Source: Nitrosopumilus sp.
GTDB taxonomy: Archaea > Thermoproteota > Nitrososphaeria > Nitrososphaerales > Nitrosopumilaceae
DNA length: 64,000 bases
Direction: 5' to 3'
NCBI GenBank assembly: GCA_965224195.1
Contig: OZ245040.1
Span: forward strand, 480,001 to 544,000
Shown one piece after another: positions 49,765 through 60,038 of the stretch (position 1 is the stretch's first letter; every line of letters begins with the position of its first letter). The translations under genes were made by a program, and so were the position numbers. Under the pieces are notes generated by a model. It saw only the letters and a list, made by a program, of their open reading frames with translations, ran no database searches and was not told where the DNA came from.

Positions 49765-52700
49765 ATGGCCCACCTGTATCAATGGTTGTTATGCAACTCC
49801 ACTGAGCATAAAATAACATTAATTAGTCGGGGGGGGGGGCAGAATAAATTAGTGAGACTCGTTTTAATGCTAACCATTTTTGCAGTATCTGTCATGTCAT
49901 TGCATGGCGTTGCAGTGGCAGATGATAATCATGTCCAAAATATTTCCGTAGAGCGCAGCAGCGCCAATGTCACCATTGCAGTCTTGAGCTGGGACACACA
50001 AGAGGACATAGAGTGGTACAACATAAAGTACAAGTGCAGCGGCGATGAGAAAGAAAACTTGAGGGTGCCAGGCAACCAGTCCTCATACACATTTGATGTA
50101 TATGCTGACCAATCATGCAAAATTAACATCAGATCAATTAGTGATAGTGGCGAGAAATCAGACAATGTTAAGATAATCTTGGCAAGTGGAGAACCAACAG
50201 GTGAGATAGTAGAGAGTGTCAAGAACTTCAACAATCGTAGTAATAATGTACCTGCTGACAGTACCCTGCCAACATTAGAGTCAGCCGCACTAAATGAGGA
50301 GACCGGAGTTTTGGCAATAACTTTTGATGAGATAATTGCAAACGAGGGCTTTGACTTGTCTACTGCTGACTATACAGACAGATCTTTCTCAGTATCTAAC
50401 AGAGACACGTCTCCGTCAGGTGTAGCATTCAACCCAGACGGAACAAAGATGTTTGTTGTGGGTACCAGCAGTGGTGCCATCCATGAGTACACGCTGTCTT
50501 CTCCCTTTGACATGTCTAACCCCTCCTTTGTACGTCTTTTCTCAGTATCTTCAAACTACCCGCTTCCAACAGATGTGGCATTTAGCACAGACGGAACAAA
50601 GATGTTTGTTGTAGATTTTCAAAGTGAGAATGTTTACGAGTACACATTATCTTCTCCCTTTAACTTATCTGACCCCACCTTTATACGGGACTTTTCAGTA
50701 TCTTCACAGGACACATCTCCGTCAGGTGTGGCATTCAACTCAGACGGAACAAAGATGTTTGTTGTAGGTACTGACAATGGGAATATCAACGAGTACACGC
50801 TGTCTTCCCCATTTAACATATCTAACTCCTCTTTTGTACGCCTTTTCTCAGTATCTTCACAGGAAAGGTCTCCACAAGATGTAACATTCAACCCATCTGG
50901 AACAAAGATGTTTGTTATAGGTAATAGTAATGGTAATGTCAATGAGTACGCATTAACTGCCCCATTTAACATATCTGATCCCTCCCATACAGGCACTTTC
51001 GACGTATCTTCACAGGACACATCTCCAACAGGTGTAGCATTTAACCCTGCTGGAACAAAGATGTTTGCTGTAGGTATTGGCAGTGACAGTGTCCACGAGT
51101 ACACATTAACCACTCCAGTTGATCTATCCCTACTATTCATCAGTGAGTCAGGAAATACCAATGATATTTCACTGACTGGTGCCAGAATTACAACTGTCGG
51201 CAACAGCACCTCCATAGAAATCAAGCTGGCTGAATCTCAAAGACAGTCAGTCATTGCATTGACTACCCCAGAACTGGACATATTATCTGCTGCAGTATCT
51301 GATGTTTCAGGCAATCAAATAGGTGCATCACCAAACAATGCCATTGCAGTAACTAACAGTGTAGTGCCGCCGCCATCACTTGATGCGCCAACTAACCTTT
51401 CAGTCAATGTCATAAACGGCACAGCCGCTGAAATCACTTGGACTGCACCTACAATACCTGCCAATTCATTTTATGATATTAATTCCGTATCCTATCTCGT
51501 GAATGTCACTGATGTTGCTGCTAGCACCACCGTACTGTATACCATATCTGACGGCACCACTACCACACATACGGCAACAGGCCTGATACTTGACAAATCT
51601 TATCAGGTAACCGTAGAGGCAAAAGCCTTGTTGTCAGATTTAACCGCTATATCCTCCCAACCTACCGCAGCTGTATCCTTTGATATGCCGACACCTCCGT
51701 CACCTGATGCGCCAACTAACCTTTTAGTCAATGTCATAAACGGCACAGCCGCTGAAATCACTTGGACTGCACCTACAGTGGATGCCAATGAGTATTATAC
51801 CATTGATGATGTGGCTTATCAAGTGACTGTCATTAGTTCTGACGGTTCTGAACTCGGCGACACTGTAGATGACACCTCATATATGGTAACAGGCCTGACA
51901 CCGGGTGAGTCATACAATGTACATGTAGTTGCATATGCTGCCGTTGGATCAAAATATACTGTGGAATCATCTCCGGTATCTGCCTCCTTTAATATGCTTG
52001 CAGTAGTAAATGATGGTGCAGGCACACCGCCATCACCATCTGCTGATAATACCCCGCCAACATTAGAGTCAGCAACACTAGATGAGGGAACCGGAGTTCT
52101 GGCAATAACTTTTGATGAGATAATAGCAAACGAGGGCTTTGACGTATCCACTGCCGCCTATACAGACAACTCTTTCTCAGTATCTAACAAGGACCCGGAA
52201 CCAGAAAGCGTAACATTCAATCCTACTGGAACAAAGATGTTTGTTGTAGATTTTCAAAGTGAAAAGATCTACGAGTACACATTATCTTCTCCCTTTGACG
52301 TATCTATTGCCTCCTATACACGCAATTTCTCAGTAGGTTCACAGGACACGCATCCAAAAGATGTAACATTCAACCCTACTGGAACAAAGATGTTTGTTGC
52401 AGGTTATCAAAATGAAAAGATCTACGAGTATACATTAACTACTCCCTTTAACTTATCCACTGCCTCCTATACACACAATTTCTCAATATCTTCACAGGAC
52501 ACGGATCCAACAGGTGTAGCATTCAACCCTACTGGAACAAAGATGTTTGTTTTAGGTTATCAAAGTACGAATGTCTACGAGTACGAATTATCTTCTCCCT
52601 TTGACATATCCTCCTCCTCCTATACACACCATTTCTCAGTAGGTTCACAGGACACGCATCCAAAAGATGTAACATTCAACCCTACTGGAACAAAGATGTT

Positions 52701-54918
52701 TGTTGTAGATTCTCAAAGTGAGAAGATCTACGAGTACGAATTATCTTCTCCCTTTGACGTATCCTCCTCCGACTATAAACGCAATTTCTCAGTATCTGAC
52801 GAGGAATCATTTCCAACAGGTGTAGCATTCAACCCTACTGGAACAAAGATGTTTGTTGTAGGTACCAGCAGTAACAGTATCCACGAGTACACATTAACCA
52901 CTCCAGTTGACCTATCCAAACTGTTCATCAGTGAGTCAGCAAGTGCCAATGATATTTCACTGACTGGTGCCAGCATTGAAACTGTCGGCAACAATGCTTC
53001 AATATCAATTGAGCTGACTGCACCCCAAAGGGAATCAGTCATTGCATTGGCTGTCCCGGAACTGGACATATTATCTGCTGCGGTATCTGATGTTTCAGGT
53101 AATCAAATAGTTCCAGTAGCAGACAATGCCATTGCAGTAACTAACAGTGTAGCACCACCATCACTTGCTGCGCCAACTGACCTTTCAGTGGCAGTACAGG
53201 GCACCACAGCTACTATCACCTGGACTGCACCTGCAATACCTGCCAATCCATTCTATGATATTAGTAACGTATCCTATCTCGTGAATGTCACTGATACTGC
53301 TGCTGGCACCACCGTACCGTATACCATATCTGACGGCACCACTACGCATACGACGCACCTGTTATTGAGCAAATCTTATCAGGTAACCGTAGAGGCAAAA
53401 GCCTTGTTGTCAGATTTAACCGCTATATCCTCCCAACCTACCGCAGCTGTATCCTTTGATATGCCGACACCTCCGTCATCTGATGCTCCAACTAACCTTT
53501 TAGTCAATGTCATAAACGGCACAGCCGCTGAAATCACTTGGACTGCACCTACAGTGGATGCCAATGAGTATTATACCATTGATGATGTGGCTTATCAAGT
53601 GACTGTCATTAGTTCTGACGGTTCTGAACTCGGCGACACTGTAGATGACACCTCATATACAGTAGCAGACCTGATACCAGGTGAGTCATACAATGTACAT
53701 GTATATGTAGTGATCTTTGGACCAGGCTATTTTGTGGAATCATCTCCAGTATCTGCCTCCTTTAATATGCCTGCAGCAGTAGTAGATGGTGGTGCAGATG
53801 CAGCAGCAGATGCCCAAGCAGCAGCAGACAAAGCAGCACTCTCTAATAAACTCGAAATTAAAGTGACACGATCTACTGGTGTGATAAATGTTGAGATGAT
53901 AGTTAACCATCCTGATGCTGACAACTATAAACTTGATTTACAATGTCACAACTATAAAGGTGCAATTCCACCTCAACTCTTTACTGGTAAAAAGGCCTCT
54001 GTAATGCCTGCCGACAATATTATATCTGCACAGTTTGATACTGAGCGTTTAATGGGTAAAAATTGTTTAGCCAAGTTGAAAATCTTTGATGTTGCTGACA
54101 ATATACTACTTGATAAACAGAAAGGTGTTAGTATCGGGGCTCACAAGCCATCTGATGTGACTAACTTGGTGGCAACAGACAAGTCAACCTCATTTGGCGC
54201 ACAGGCCTATCTGCATTTTGGACCATCATTGGATCCTGGTTCCAAGGACAAACTTGATGGATATCACATGGATGAGTATACTATCAAGACAAGTTGTACT
54301 GATGTATTAGACGCTAGCATCTCTAAGGGTAATGTACCTGATACCGTGTTGCAGTCTAGTGCGATTATTCAATTCAACAACCTCCCAAGTTTTGCCACAA
54401 TAATCTCAGACTTGCCACTTGATGCTAATTGTACATTTAGTGTCACTGGCAAGAACTGGAATGCAAATCAAAAGGACAAGCAGTGGAGCAATCCTGTAAC
54501 TACTACATTACAGACACCTTTAACTTTGCCTGGTAAAGTATTATACAGTTACACTAATGATCTAATACCACAACTGCCTGCTCAAAAAAACATACCAATT
54601 ACTGAAACACCAAATGATATACAATTAACTGCTGCAATGGATGGCAGTGATGCAATCGAGGTGTCATGGCATCCAATATCCAGTGATGTATTTTCTTATA
54701 ATCTGGAATGGAATGATCCAACTGAGGGTTCATCCGGATTCATACCTTTTGGTACGAAGAACTTTGTAAATGGTGATAGATCAACATCACACATGATTAA
54801 AGACGTTATTCCTGGATATACGTATACTATTGCACTCACTCTATACTATGGTACAGATGCCGATATTGAATTTGTACATCGCGTTACTATTATTGAATAT
54901 ACAGTAGCAAATACATAA
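49765..54918 (+). CDS. Giant secreted surface protein: 2 x [Ig-like domain with 5 inserted propeller repeats + 2 FN3] plus further FN3-like domains
   Basis: Signal peptide (AVA|DD); ten ~50-aa P.GVAFNP.GTKMFVVG...EY.L.SPF repeats; APTNL...ITWTAP...Y.V.V.A FN3 units; start may be 49852 or 49867. Confidence 0.88.
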   Translation: MAHLYQWLLCNSTEHKITLISRGGGQNKLVRLVLMLTIFAVSVMSLHGVAVADDNHVQNISVERSSANVTIAVLSWDTQEDIEWYNIKYKCSGDEKENLRVPGNQSSYTFDVYADQSCKINIRSISDSGEKSDNVKIILASGEPTGEIVESVKNFNNRSNNVPADSTLPTLESAALNEETGVLAITFDEIIANEGFDLSTADYTDRSFSVSNRDTSPSGVAFNPDGTKMFVVGTSSGAIHEYTLSSPFDMSNPSFVRLFSVSSNYPLPTDVAFSTDGTKMFVVDFQSENVYEYTLSSPFNLSDPTFIRDFSVSSQDTSPSGVAFNSDGTKMFVVGTDNGNINEYTLSSPFNISNSSFVRLFSVSSQERSPQDVTFNPSGTKMFVIGNSNGNVNEYALTAPFNISDPSHTGTFDVSSQDTSPTGVAFNPAGTKMFAVGIGSDSVHEYTLTTPVDLSLLFISESGNTNDISLTGARITTVGNSTSIEIKLAESQRQSVIALTTPELDILSAAVSDVSGNQIGASPNNAIAVTNSVVPPPSLDAPTNLSVNVINGTAAEITWTAPTIPANSFYDINSVSYLVNVTDVAASTTVLYTISDGTTTTHTATGLILDKSYQVTVEAKALLSDLTAISSQPTAAVSFDMPTPPSPDAPTNLLVNVINGTAAEITWTAPTVDANEYYTIDDVAYQVTVISSDGSELGDTVDDTSYMVTGLTPGESYNVHVVAYAAVGSKYTVESSPVSASFNMLAVVNDGAGTPPSPSADNTPPTLESATLDEGTGVLAITFDEIIANEGFDVSTAAYTDNSFSVSNKDPEPESVTFNPTGTKMFVVDFQSEKIYEYTLSSPFDVSIASYTRNFSVGSQDTHPKDVTFNPTGTKMFVAGYQNEKIYEYTLTTPFNLSTASYTHNFSISSQDTDPTGVAFNPTGTKMFVLGYQSTNVYEYELSSPFDISSSSYTHHFSVGSQDTHPKDVTFNPTGTKMFVVDSQSEKIYEYELSSPFDVSSSDYKRNFSVSDEESFPTGVAFNPTGTKMFVVGTSSNSIHEYTLTTPVDLSKLFISESASANDISLTGASIETVGNNASISIELTAPQRESVIALAVPELDILSAAVSDVSGNQIVPVADNAIAVTNSVAPPSLAAPTDLSVAVQGTTATITWTAPAIPANPFYDISNVSYLVNVTDTAAGTTVPYTISDGTTTHTTHLLLSKSYQVTVEAKALLSDLTAISSQPTAAVSFDMPTPPSSDAPTNLLVNVINGTAAEITWTAPTVDANEYYTIDDVAYQVTVISSDGSELGDTVDDTSYTVADLIPGESYNVHVYVVIFGPGYFVESSPVSASFNMPAAVVDGGADAAADAQAAADKAALSNKLEIKVTRSTGVINVEMIVNHPDADNYKLDLQCHNYKGAIPPQLFTGKKASVMPADNIISAQFDTERLMGKNCLAKLKIFDVADNILLDKQKGVSIGAHKPSDVTNLVATDKSTSFGAQAYLHFGPSLDPGSKDKLDGYHMDEYTIKTSCTDVLDASISKGNVPDTVLQSSAIIQFNNLPSFATIISDLPLDANCTFSVTGKNWNANQKDKQWSNPVTTTLQTPLTLPGKVLYSYTNDLIPQLPAQKNIPITETPNDIQLTAAMDGSDAIEVSWHPISSDVFSYNLEWNDPTEGSSGFIPFGTKNFVNGDRSTSHMIKDVIPGYTYTIALTLYYGTDADIEFVHRVTIIEYTVANT
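49829..49839 (+). repeat. G11 homopolymer
   Basis: AGTC-G11-CAG just upstream of the signal-peptide codons. Confidence 0.9.
51595..53770 (+). repeat. Near-identical intragenic duplication (~51595-51998 vs ~53371-53770)
   Basis: AAATCTTATCAGGTAACCGTAGAGGC...GACACCTCATATA occurs twice, 1776 bp apart. Confidence 0.85.
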
Positions 54919-54923
54919 TCTTT

Positions 54924-55154
54924 ATGAAATGTGAAAGTAAGGATAATGGACGGAGTTACTATGGCGTGGTGACCCGCAGCTTTTCCTTTGATGATTTAGA
55001 GTATACATTTGATATTGTAAACATGAAGCAAGACGGCGGTATATGTGTTGCCAAGGTGCATTATGTCAGCAGTGATGATAATAGTCTAGTGTCTGAGCTT
55101 AAAAGCAGTAATACGATAAGTATTGCTGTGGGCAACGCACGAACTGTTATCTGA
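54924..55154 (+). CDS. Hypothetical protein or fragment of an FN3-like domain
   Basis: Starts 6 nt after the giant gene; C...YTFD...C.AKV pattern like its Cys-containing domains. Confidence 0.35.
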   Translation: MKCESKDNGRSYYGVVTRSFSFDDLEYTFDIVNMKQDGGICVAKVHYVSSDDNSLVSELKSSNTISIAVGNARTVI

Positions 55155-55829
55155 TAGTTGAAGGCCTGGAACTATACATCATACTCCCTGCAATGGTATG
55201 ATGATGTATGTCCAATCCAAGATGTATAGAATGTAGCAATCAGGCAACAAACAGCAGTTGATGGGAATCAGCCACTCTAATTGAAAACCCAAAAATTATT
55301 TTTCTGTCAATCCATTGATTACAGTTTATACCTTATAATCAAAATTAATAATACATGAGTATGGAACTGGCAAAGTCAATGCTGATTTTTGTCCTAGTTG
55401 GCATTATCTTTGGGTTTGCAATATTTTACGCAATAGAGTCATCAGTTGAATGCAGTGTTGTAGATATCAGTACAGGTATGATAGATGGTATGGTAGATGG
55501 TAGGGTGTTGAACTGATCTGACAAAACCCGATGGGAGCATTATGTTTGATTTGAAATTTTTAAATTAGTGAACTTGGTAGAAACACAATAAACGAATATT
55601 GTTAGGTTATCTACGTTTAAACTAATTTGGTTTTTTGTAATTTTTTAATAATAAATCAAGTTCAATCGCGGTATTTTTAATACGAGTTAATTCTGCACCA
55701 TATTTTCCCAATTCAGCTTTCATTTCCTGGTGTCTTTGAATATTCTTGAATATGATATTATTTTCAATATTATGGATATCAACAACATCATTGTTGAAAA
55801 GAGTTATCATCATGTTGAATTTTCCCATA

Positions 55830-56242
55830 TTATCTCTTATTTTCTCAAATCCAAAGTTTAAGCTAAATTTCTTCTTGCAGTCTAGACGTTTAAAGATTCT
55901 AACCTTGCCATTCTTGTTCTTTCTAAATCCCTCTTTTCTTAATCTGCCTGAATCACAATACTTGTATAATTGTAACTTTGAGCGTTCCATGATTCGGAAT
56001 GTGTTATCTCTGCGACATTTGTTGTTCTTGATAATCTCTCAAACTATCTTGATATGTTTACAATCGGATTTTCTGCATAAATGATCTTTACATTCACATT
56101 TTAACCCATTTCCAGTCTTAGATACAATGTAGAATTTAGTTGGATCAGATTGTGATTTTACGGTAAATTTATTCGATTCAAATTGTGAACAATGACCTTT
56201 AGTCTCCATCATAGATTGAGCTCTTTGCTTTCTTGCGTTCAT
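55830..56242 (-). mobile_element. 5' remnant of a SWIM + IS1-like zinc-ribbon transposase gene
   Basis: F.VKSQS...CECKDH...CKHI (SWIM), then degenerate KYCDS....K.G.RKNK.G......DCKKKFS.N.GFEK; catalytic domain missing. Confidence 0.65.
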
Positions 56243-56418
56243 AAAAACACCTCAAAAATTATAAAGTGGCAGAAAGAATAATGCTCAGTTCGTAACAAGT
56301 TCATCATAGGCTCTGCCAAGCCTTTGATTTTCTTTTTCATCATTGCACAATTCATACTAATAGTATTTACTTTTAGTAATATTAACCTTATTATTATAGT
56401 AACTACTAAAGGTAAATA

Positions 56419-56538
56419 ATGGTAGTGATAAAACGAGATGTATGTAGATGTAACAAATGTAAAAATGAATGGATTCCAAGAGGTAAAGATTTACCTATAT
56501 GCTGTGGAAAATGCAAATCACCCTATTGGAATCGATAA
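56419..56538 (+). CDS. 39-aa zinc-finger microprotein
   Basis: MVVIKRDVCRCNKCKNEWIPRGKDLPICCGKCKSPYWNR; divergent from the SWIM gene. Confidence 0.7.
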   Translation: MVVIKRDVCRCNKCKNEWIPRGKDLPICCGKCKSPYWNR

Positions 56539-56943
56539 TAAAACGATCAAATTTTCTTACCAATTACACTCAAAATCTCATACCTCTGCTTCTAAAAATG
56601 TATTAACGGATAACAACGTGATTAAATTGGTGTATAAAATGAGCTCAAAAATCCTAGAATCCTAATAGAGTTTCCATCTGTTGACTGTACAGAACGTGGA
56701 TTTGAAACCCTTTGTTCATCCCAGCGTAGTTTCGACTATATGGGAAAGGATAGATACGAAATAACTCAAATTCAATTGAATGCATTAGATATACAGGGAA
56801 TACCATACAAAATTATTCCTTAATTTTTTTTATGATTTAAAATGTCTATTAATAAATACACTGTTCAAATGACAATTAGTTTTGTGAGAACAAAAAATTT
56901 TCAAAATACCAAACCTGGATTTACTTTTCACAAAACAATAGAA

Positions 56944-58009
56944 GATGAGTTGTGCAATTAGTCCAATTTGAGTATAATCTCAACATTTTCTAATCATAAG
57001 ATCCAAAGCTAAGACTGAATTATTTTCAATTCATGTTTAATTGCACAAACTGGCAAAAAAACCAAAACAATTCCTGCCAATAACAGGACTAACTGTTCCA
57101 CAGTTTGATTCCCTATACAAGGAAATAAAGAAAAATTGCAAAACTGCAGAACAAAAGGGATTGTCCAAAAATAGAGAAAGAGACATTGGTGCAGGACACA
57201 AGTTTGACTTGTCCTTCAAAGACAGAATTCTAATGTTTTTCATGTACTACAGAATGTACACAACATATGACATGCCAGGGATGATATTTGATTTGGACAA
57301 ACCAAACGTAATGAGAAACATCAGATGTTTGGAGCCTGCAGTGAAGCAGTCCATTATAATTGCTGCCAAAAAATATGCAGATTCAAAAGAGATTAACGGC
57401 ATGCAGGAATTGCAGGAATTCTTTCCGGAATTAGTTGCAATCACTGATGGCACAGAACAGCCCATCCCAAGACCAAAAAACAAAAAGAAAAGAAGGACGC
57501 ACCATTCAGGCAAAAAGAAAAAACATGCAGTACAAAATCAAATCGCCATAAATCCTGATGGGATAACAATCCACAAATCTGCACATTCGCCTGGCAGTCA
57601 TCATGATTACAGAATTTACAAATCAAAGCATCCAACATTATCTGAAGAGTTGTTGCAGTTTTATGATCTTGGATATTTGGGGATGGAAAAAGACTTTCCA
57701 GAACAGGCAAGTGTTTTGCCATATAAGAAAAAGAAAGGAAAAAAATTGACTGTTACTCAAAAGGAGTGGAACAAGATGCAGTCAAAAATTAGAATAAAAG
57801 TTGAACATGTTATTGCACAAATCAAGCAATTTCGGATAAATCGCGATGTGTTTAGAAACAAATTATGCAGATATGATGTGATAAGTGAAATTGTTTGTGG
57901 GACTGTCAGTTTCAAGATTAAATGGAAAGAAGAATTCATTGCAATTCCATAAAATTAAAAATTAAATGATAGAAAAGTTAGATTTTTGTTTGTAATTACG
58001 CAACTCATC
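56944..58009 (+). mobile_element. IS5-family element with both ends
   Basis: 17-bp imperfect TIRs GATGAGTTGTGCAATTA / TAATTACGCAACTCATC, flanked on both sides by TAGAA. Confidence 0.9.
57041..57952 (+). CDS. IS5-family transposase (HTH_Tnp_4 + DDE_Tnp_4 type)
   Basis: TGLT...FD.L, ITDGTEQPIPRP, HSGKKKKH, YDLGYLG, RIKVEH. Confidence 0.9.
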   Translation: MHKLAKKPKQFLPITGLTVPQFDSLYKEIKKNCKTAEQKGLSKNRERDIGAGHKFDLSFKDRILMFFMYYRMYTTYDMPGMIFDLDKPNVMRNIRCLEPAVKQSIIIAAKKYADSKEINGMQELQEFFPELVAITDGTEQPIPRPKNKKKRRTHHSGKKKKHAVQNQIAINPDGITIHKSAHSPGSHHDYRIYKSKHPTLSEELLQFYDLGYLGMEKDFPEQASVLPYKKKKGKKLTVTQKEWNKMQSKIRIKVEHVIAQIKQFRINRDVFRNKLCRYDVISEIVCGTVSFKIKWKEEFIAIP

Positions 58010-58587
58010 TAGAAATTCTAGTAAAAACAAAGGGTGTTAAAATTCAAGAAGTACCTTATACTTTTACAGACAGACAACAAGGAGACAGCAAACTTGGAGT
58101 ATCTACTGTTCTAGACTATTGCAAATCAGTCTGGAAATTATACAAGTATGGACGAAGCGTAAGAAGAGAAGAGAGTCGTACATCGGTTCGATTTCTCTCA
58201 AAGGCTGCACGATTCTTTACAGTTGGCGCATCAGGTTTAGCAGTAAACTATCTTGCATCAATGGTGTTTTCTCTAAGTGCGGATATGTGGTATATTCATG
58301 CAACCGTAATGGGAATAATGTTTTCAATTACAAGCAATTTCATTCTAAACAAGTATTGGACGTTTGAGGAGAGAGATTTTGGATTAAGAAGAACGCTTGT
58401 ACAGTACGGTAAGTTTACAGGATTTATCTCAATTGGCGCACTAGTTCAGCTTGGAATGGTGTATTACCTAGTTGATCAAAACGGCATATCATACCCATTA
58501 TCACTTGTTCTGGCAGTAAGTATTGCAGCATTTAGTAACTTTATGCTAAACAAGAGATGGACGTTTAAAGAAAAGGTCTGGAGTTAG
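58010..58587 (+). pseudogene. 3' half of a dolichol-P-mannose synthase-like GT2/GtrA fusion gene, cut by the IS
   Basis: Open frame EILVK...EVPYTFTDRQQGDSKL...RFFTVGASG continues into the GtrA ORF at 58261 (NF.LNK.WTF x2). Confidence 0.8.
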
Positions 58588-58911
58588 TTATCTTACGTAA
58601 TCGTCTTCTAGACGTTTAATGTCAGTCTCTTGGAACAATTCAAAAGATATTTCTAAAATTCTCATATCAGTAATAGCCTCTAATCTGTGAACTGCCTCTT
58701 TTGGAATAGATATCTCATCACCTGTTTGAATTTTTTTCTTGTCTTGTAATATCGCATATACTTCACCGTTTAGGACATACCATTTTTCAGATCTATGCTC
58801 GTAAAATTGCAAGCTGGTTCTATTTCCTGCAAGTATTGTAATTACCTTGATAGTTGTGGTTTCATTGTCAGTTAGCTGCTCAAAAAAACCCCAAGGCTTG
58901 TTAACTTTCAT
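58588..58911 (-). CDS. Mannose-6-phosphate isomerase-type cupin
   Basis: KPWG, RTSLQ..EHRSEKW, HRLE, LEIS...DI.RLEDDY. Confidence 0.85.
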   Translation of the reverse strand: MKVNKPWGFFEQLTDNETTTIKVITILAGNRTSLQFYEHRSEKWYVLNGEVYAILQDKKKIQTGDEISIPKEAVHRLEAITDMRILEISFELFQETDIKRLEDDYVR

Positions 58912-58982
58912 TAGTTATGCTGATTTATATCAACATTATAACTCCATTGAAATTCAGAGTTTCTTTTGGATTTTATAAAATA

Positions 58983-60000
58983 TTATTGACATGCTGCTGC
59001 TGCCTGTAATTGGACTGTTTTTGTTGAAAAATCAGAATAAGTATTGCTCATAATGATATAGTATGTTCCAGAGTTTAATGTTCTATCAAAAACATCTGCT
59101 TCTACTTTTCCACTCTGATAATATACCTGAAAGTCTTGGTCATTTTCATATTTTCTAAAATCATCATCAACAATATACACCATAATGTTATCACCTAACG
59201 CAGCACTTGCAAGGAATCCACCCTGAAGATTTGCAATGCATGGCAAAGTAAATAGAATGTAATAATATGATCCTGGATTTACTTTGTATGTCGAATCGAT
59301 AAAAGTTTCACCAGACAAGGACAGATTCAAGTCATCTGCACTAAACAGTTCATTTAGAACAGAATCTAATGCATTAGATACGGTCTTGGTTGCAGTGACA
59401 ACTTTGTTAATTGGCTTGTTCTTTTGAATTTCTGAATTTATTTTATTTTTTATTTCATTATAGATTGAAATTTCTTTTGATGACTCAAAAGGTATTGGAA
59501 TGCTAATGCCAAACAGTTTGAAGTAGGCTGTGCCCTTTACCTTTAATTCCATCATTCCGTTTGCACTAACTATGGAGTTTATTGCAGGAGACATGCTATG
59601 TTTTTGAATATTTTGAAAAGATACAATCTCTTTTGCCTGTCCCGGATTTACAGTAACATTGACATTGCTATTTCCCCTTTCCTACAGAAATTCCGTTAAT
59701 CAAAATATCATATGACAAGTCAGGAATATACACTGGAAGAAAACCGTTGTTTGTCAATTCAAAAATCAGATTTAAATTTACTCCGTCAATTAACTCAAAT
59801 GCCGCACCAAGCCAGTCCCCACTCGGTGTGGATAATCCCAACTTTAGAAGAGTAGACCATGAAATGCTTGTCCAGTCTATGTTGTAAAATTTCACATCAT
59901 GTAAACTGACTGAGAGTTGGGTGTAAGAATATGCAAACAGGCCTCCAATAATTAGGAGAATTAGAACAATTACTATGCCTATGATTGCTCCTTTTCCCAT
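58983..60000 (-). pseudogene. LEA-2-like membrane-anchored protein split into two ORFs (59668-60000, 58983-59594)
   Basis: TM + N.GFLPVYIPDLSYDILING..VG.G, break, then L.VKGTA.FKLFG.SI.IPF completes the fold. Confidence 0.65.
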
Positions 60001-60038
60001 GTTTTGAGAATTATTGTATGAATTTAAGCATATTGGAG

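Noticed and set aside
50340-52910. GGAACAAAGATGTTTGTT recurring every ~150 bp as CRISPR or DGR repeats
   Set aside because: These are propeller blades within one ORF; no reverse transcriptase and no non-coding template copy seen
56438-56665. 75-aa tracked ORF
   Set aside because: The overlapping frame 56419-56538 encodes a clear zinc finger and is the more likely gene
58119-58367. 82-aa tracked ORF
   Set aside because: Alternative frame over the GT2/GtrA remnant
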